NCBI GenBank assembly: GCA_017455665.1
Contig: JAFSZN010000050.1
Location: 183 to 64,182, forward strand
Length of the DNA stretch: 64,000 bases
Reading direction: 5' to 3'
Source of the DNA: Lentisphaeria bacterium
GTDB lineage: Bacteria > Verrucomicrobiota > Lentisphaeria > Victivallales > UBA1829
Position numbers and translations under genes: made by a program
Shown: positions 62,727-64,000 of the stretch, piece after piece
How positions within the stretch are numbered: the stretch's first letter is position 1
Layout of the letters: each line of letters begins with the position of its first letter
The notes under the pieces: model-generated
The model's input: the letters and a program-made list of their open reading frames with translations, nothing else
What the model was told of the DNA's origin: nothing
Database searches by the model: none

Positions 62727-63437
62727 ATGGAAGCATATGGATACAGGGAGGGACTCAGGGACGGGCTCCCCATCGGCCTGGGGTATCTGTCCGTGTCCTT
62801 CGGCTTTGCCATCTGGGCGGTGAAGCAGGGCATCCCGGGCCTGGTGCTCGTGCTCCTTTCCGGCACCAATCTGACCTCCGCAGGCCAGGTGGCGGGGGTC
62901 ACGGTCATGGCGGCGGGCGGGCTGCTCATCGAGCTCGCCTTGACGGAGTTCATCATCAACCTTCGCTACGCCCTCATGAGCGTCACCCTGACCCAAAAGC
63001 TCCACCCGGACTTCTCCCTGATGAAGCGGATGCTGGCGGCGTTCTTCGTCACCGACGAGATCTTCGCCGTGTCCTCCACCCGCAAGGGGCTGTTGACCTT
63101 CCCCTATATGATGGGCCTGGGGTGCCTGCCCTGGATCGGCTGGACCTTGGGCACGGCCCTGGGCGCCTTCGCCGGAACGCTGCTCCCCCCGGCCCTGTCC
63201 GCCGCCTTGGGCATCGCCATCTACGGCATGTTCATGGCCATCATCGTGCCGGGAGCCATGGAGGAGAAGGGCGTGCTGCTGGCCATATCGGCCGCCGTGG
63301 GCCTGGGCCTGGTGCTCCGGTATGTGCCCCTGTTTCGCTTCCTGTCGGAGGGGTTCGTCATCATTCTCAGCGCCGTTTTCGGGGCCTGCATGGCCGCCTG
63401 GCTCCAGCCGGTGAAGGCGGGGGAGGGGGACGCATGA
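62727..63437 (+). CDS. azlC: Branched-chain amino-acid exporter subunit AzlC
   Basis: Track GTG at 62718; the ATG at 62727 lies 6 nt after GAGGTG. GLRDGLPIGLGYLSVSFGFA, LTSAGQ and INLRY are typical of AzlC. Confidence 0.85.
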   Translation: MEAYGYREGLRDGLPIGLGYLSVSFGFAIWAVKQGIPGLVLVLLSGTNLTSAGQVAGVTVMAAGGLLIELALTEFIINLRYALMSVTLTQKLHPDFSLMKRMLAAFFVTDEIFAVSSTRKGLLTFPYMMGLGCLPWIGWTLGTALGAFAGTLLPPALSAALGIAIYGMFMAIIVPGAMEEKGVLLAISAAVGLGLVLRYVPLFRFLSEGFVIILSAVFGACMAAWLQPVKAGEGDA

Positions 63438-63742
63438 AGCTGTATCTGTATCTCCTCGTCATGGCGGGCGTCACCTATCTCATTCGCATGCTGCCCCTCG
63501 CTTTCTTCCGCAAAAAGATCACCAGCCCCTTTCTGCTGGGCGTCCTCCACTATATGCCCTTCGCGGTGCTGGGGACCATGACCGTCCCCGCCATCTTCAC
63601 CTCCACCGGGGAACCCATCTCCGCCGTGGCGGGCTTTTTGGTGGCTCTGCTCCTGGGCCTCAAGCGCCGGTCCCTCATCGAGGTGGCCTTGGCCGCCACC
63701 GCCGCGGCGTATGTGACCTCCCTGATCCTGCCGCTGCTGTAA
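63434..63742 (+). CDS. azlD: Branched-chain amino-acid exporter subunit AzlD
   Basis: ATGA overlap with azlC. 102 aa: MKLYLYLLVMAGVTYLIRMLPLAFF... The track hides it inside a longer out-of-context ORF (62615..63742). Confidence 0.8.
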   Translation: MKLYLYLLVMAGVTYLIRMLPLAFFRKKITSPFLLGVLHYMPFAVLGTMTVPAIFTSTGEPISAVAGFLVALLLGLKRRSLIEVALAATAAAYVTSLILPLL

Positions 63743-63757
63743 CGGTGCATGGGGCTC

Positions 63758-63955
63758 GGGAGGGTCAAGACCCTCCCCTACGGTGGGGCGCGAAGGTTGT
63801 GCTGCGGTACCGTAGGGGCCGATCACGATCGGCCCGCATTCACGCGCAACTTGGGCGGGCGATTCGTGAATCGCCCCTACGGGGGAAACCGCCTTTCGCG
63901 CCTGGAAACCGTACGGCGGGGCGCGAAGGCTGCGTGGCGAAACCTGGGCTCGCCC
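63758..63955 (+). repeat. Multi-hairpin intergenic repeat, family 2, copy 2 (with partial internal reiteration)
   Basis: GGGAGGGTC-AA-GACCCTCCC, then CCCCTACGG-N26-CCGTAGGGG, then GGCCGATC-AC-GATCGGCC, then CGCATTCACGCGCAAC..GGGCGG, then GGGCGATTC-GT-GAATCGCCC. TACGGCGGGGCGCGAAGGCTGCG is repeated at ~63912. Confidence 0.8.
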
Positions 63956-64000
63956 ATCCCGTGTACACAGAAAAAAAGACTTGACCCTGACGCAACGTCA

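Overview
High-GC bacterial chromosomal window with about 57 supportable CDSs. Many long ORFs in the track are antisense shadows or over-extended N-termini.

Left 35 kb: a TetR-TolC-MacA-MacB-type efflux operon, rimO-pgsA, hflX, a 1213-aa secreted coiled-coil repeat protein, ybaB-recR, aguB-aguA, GH127, a LysM/YkuD-like protein, accA, murI, and a TPP riboswitch-thi4-thiE unit. It also holds an accessory patch with SUKH-like, DUF4375-like, Fic and FGE-domain lipoprotein genes.

Centre (35.5-38.5 kb): an AT-rich, ORF-poor gap carrying a canonical 28-bp dif (XerC/D) site at 36918-36945. The site is flanked by two oppositely oriented arrays of a ~95-100-nt multi-hairpin repeat. Each full unit is coupled to a CGCGTCTCGCGG box, and most to a KOPS-like GGGNAGGG octamer. 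The strand polarity of that octamer flips across the gap. This dif-centred mirror-repeat architecture is my lead candidate for something undescribed.

Right of the gap: a YwqK-like/Sel1/two zinc-ribbon membrane paralogue operon, an HTH-cupin-acyl-CoA-synthetase fusion, a Kdo-kinase-like protein, gltS, GH31, GT2, an MFS transporter and nrdG-nrdD.

Codon usage changes abruptly inside nrdD (~56.65-56.9 kb). Everything further right looks Firmicutes-like: the NrdD C-terminus with a fused redoxin domain, trxB, tcdA, a domain-permuted XdhC, an HD protein, a CotF-like protein, azlCD and a second multi-hairpin repeat family. This implies either recombination/HGT or a chimeric assembly.

Other oddities: two exported Gly/Phe-rich low-complexity proteins, a GcvH lacking the lipoyl-lysine, and a YkuD domain lacking the catalytic Cys. 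All calls are by-eye reading; no searches were run.
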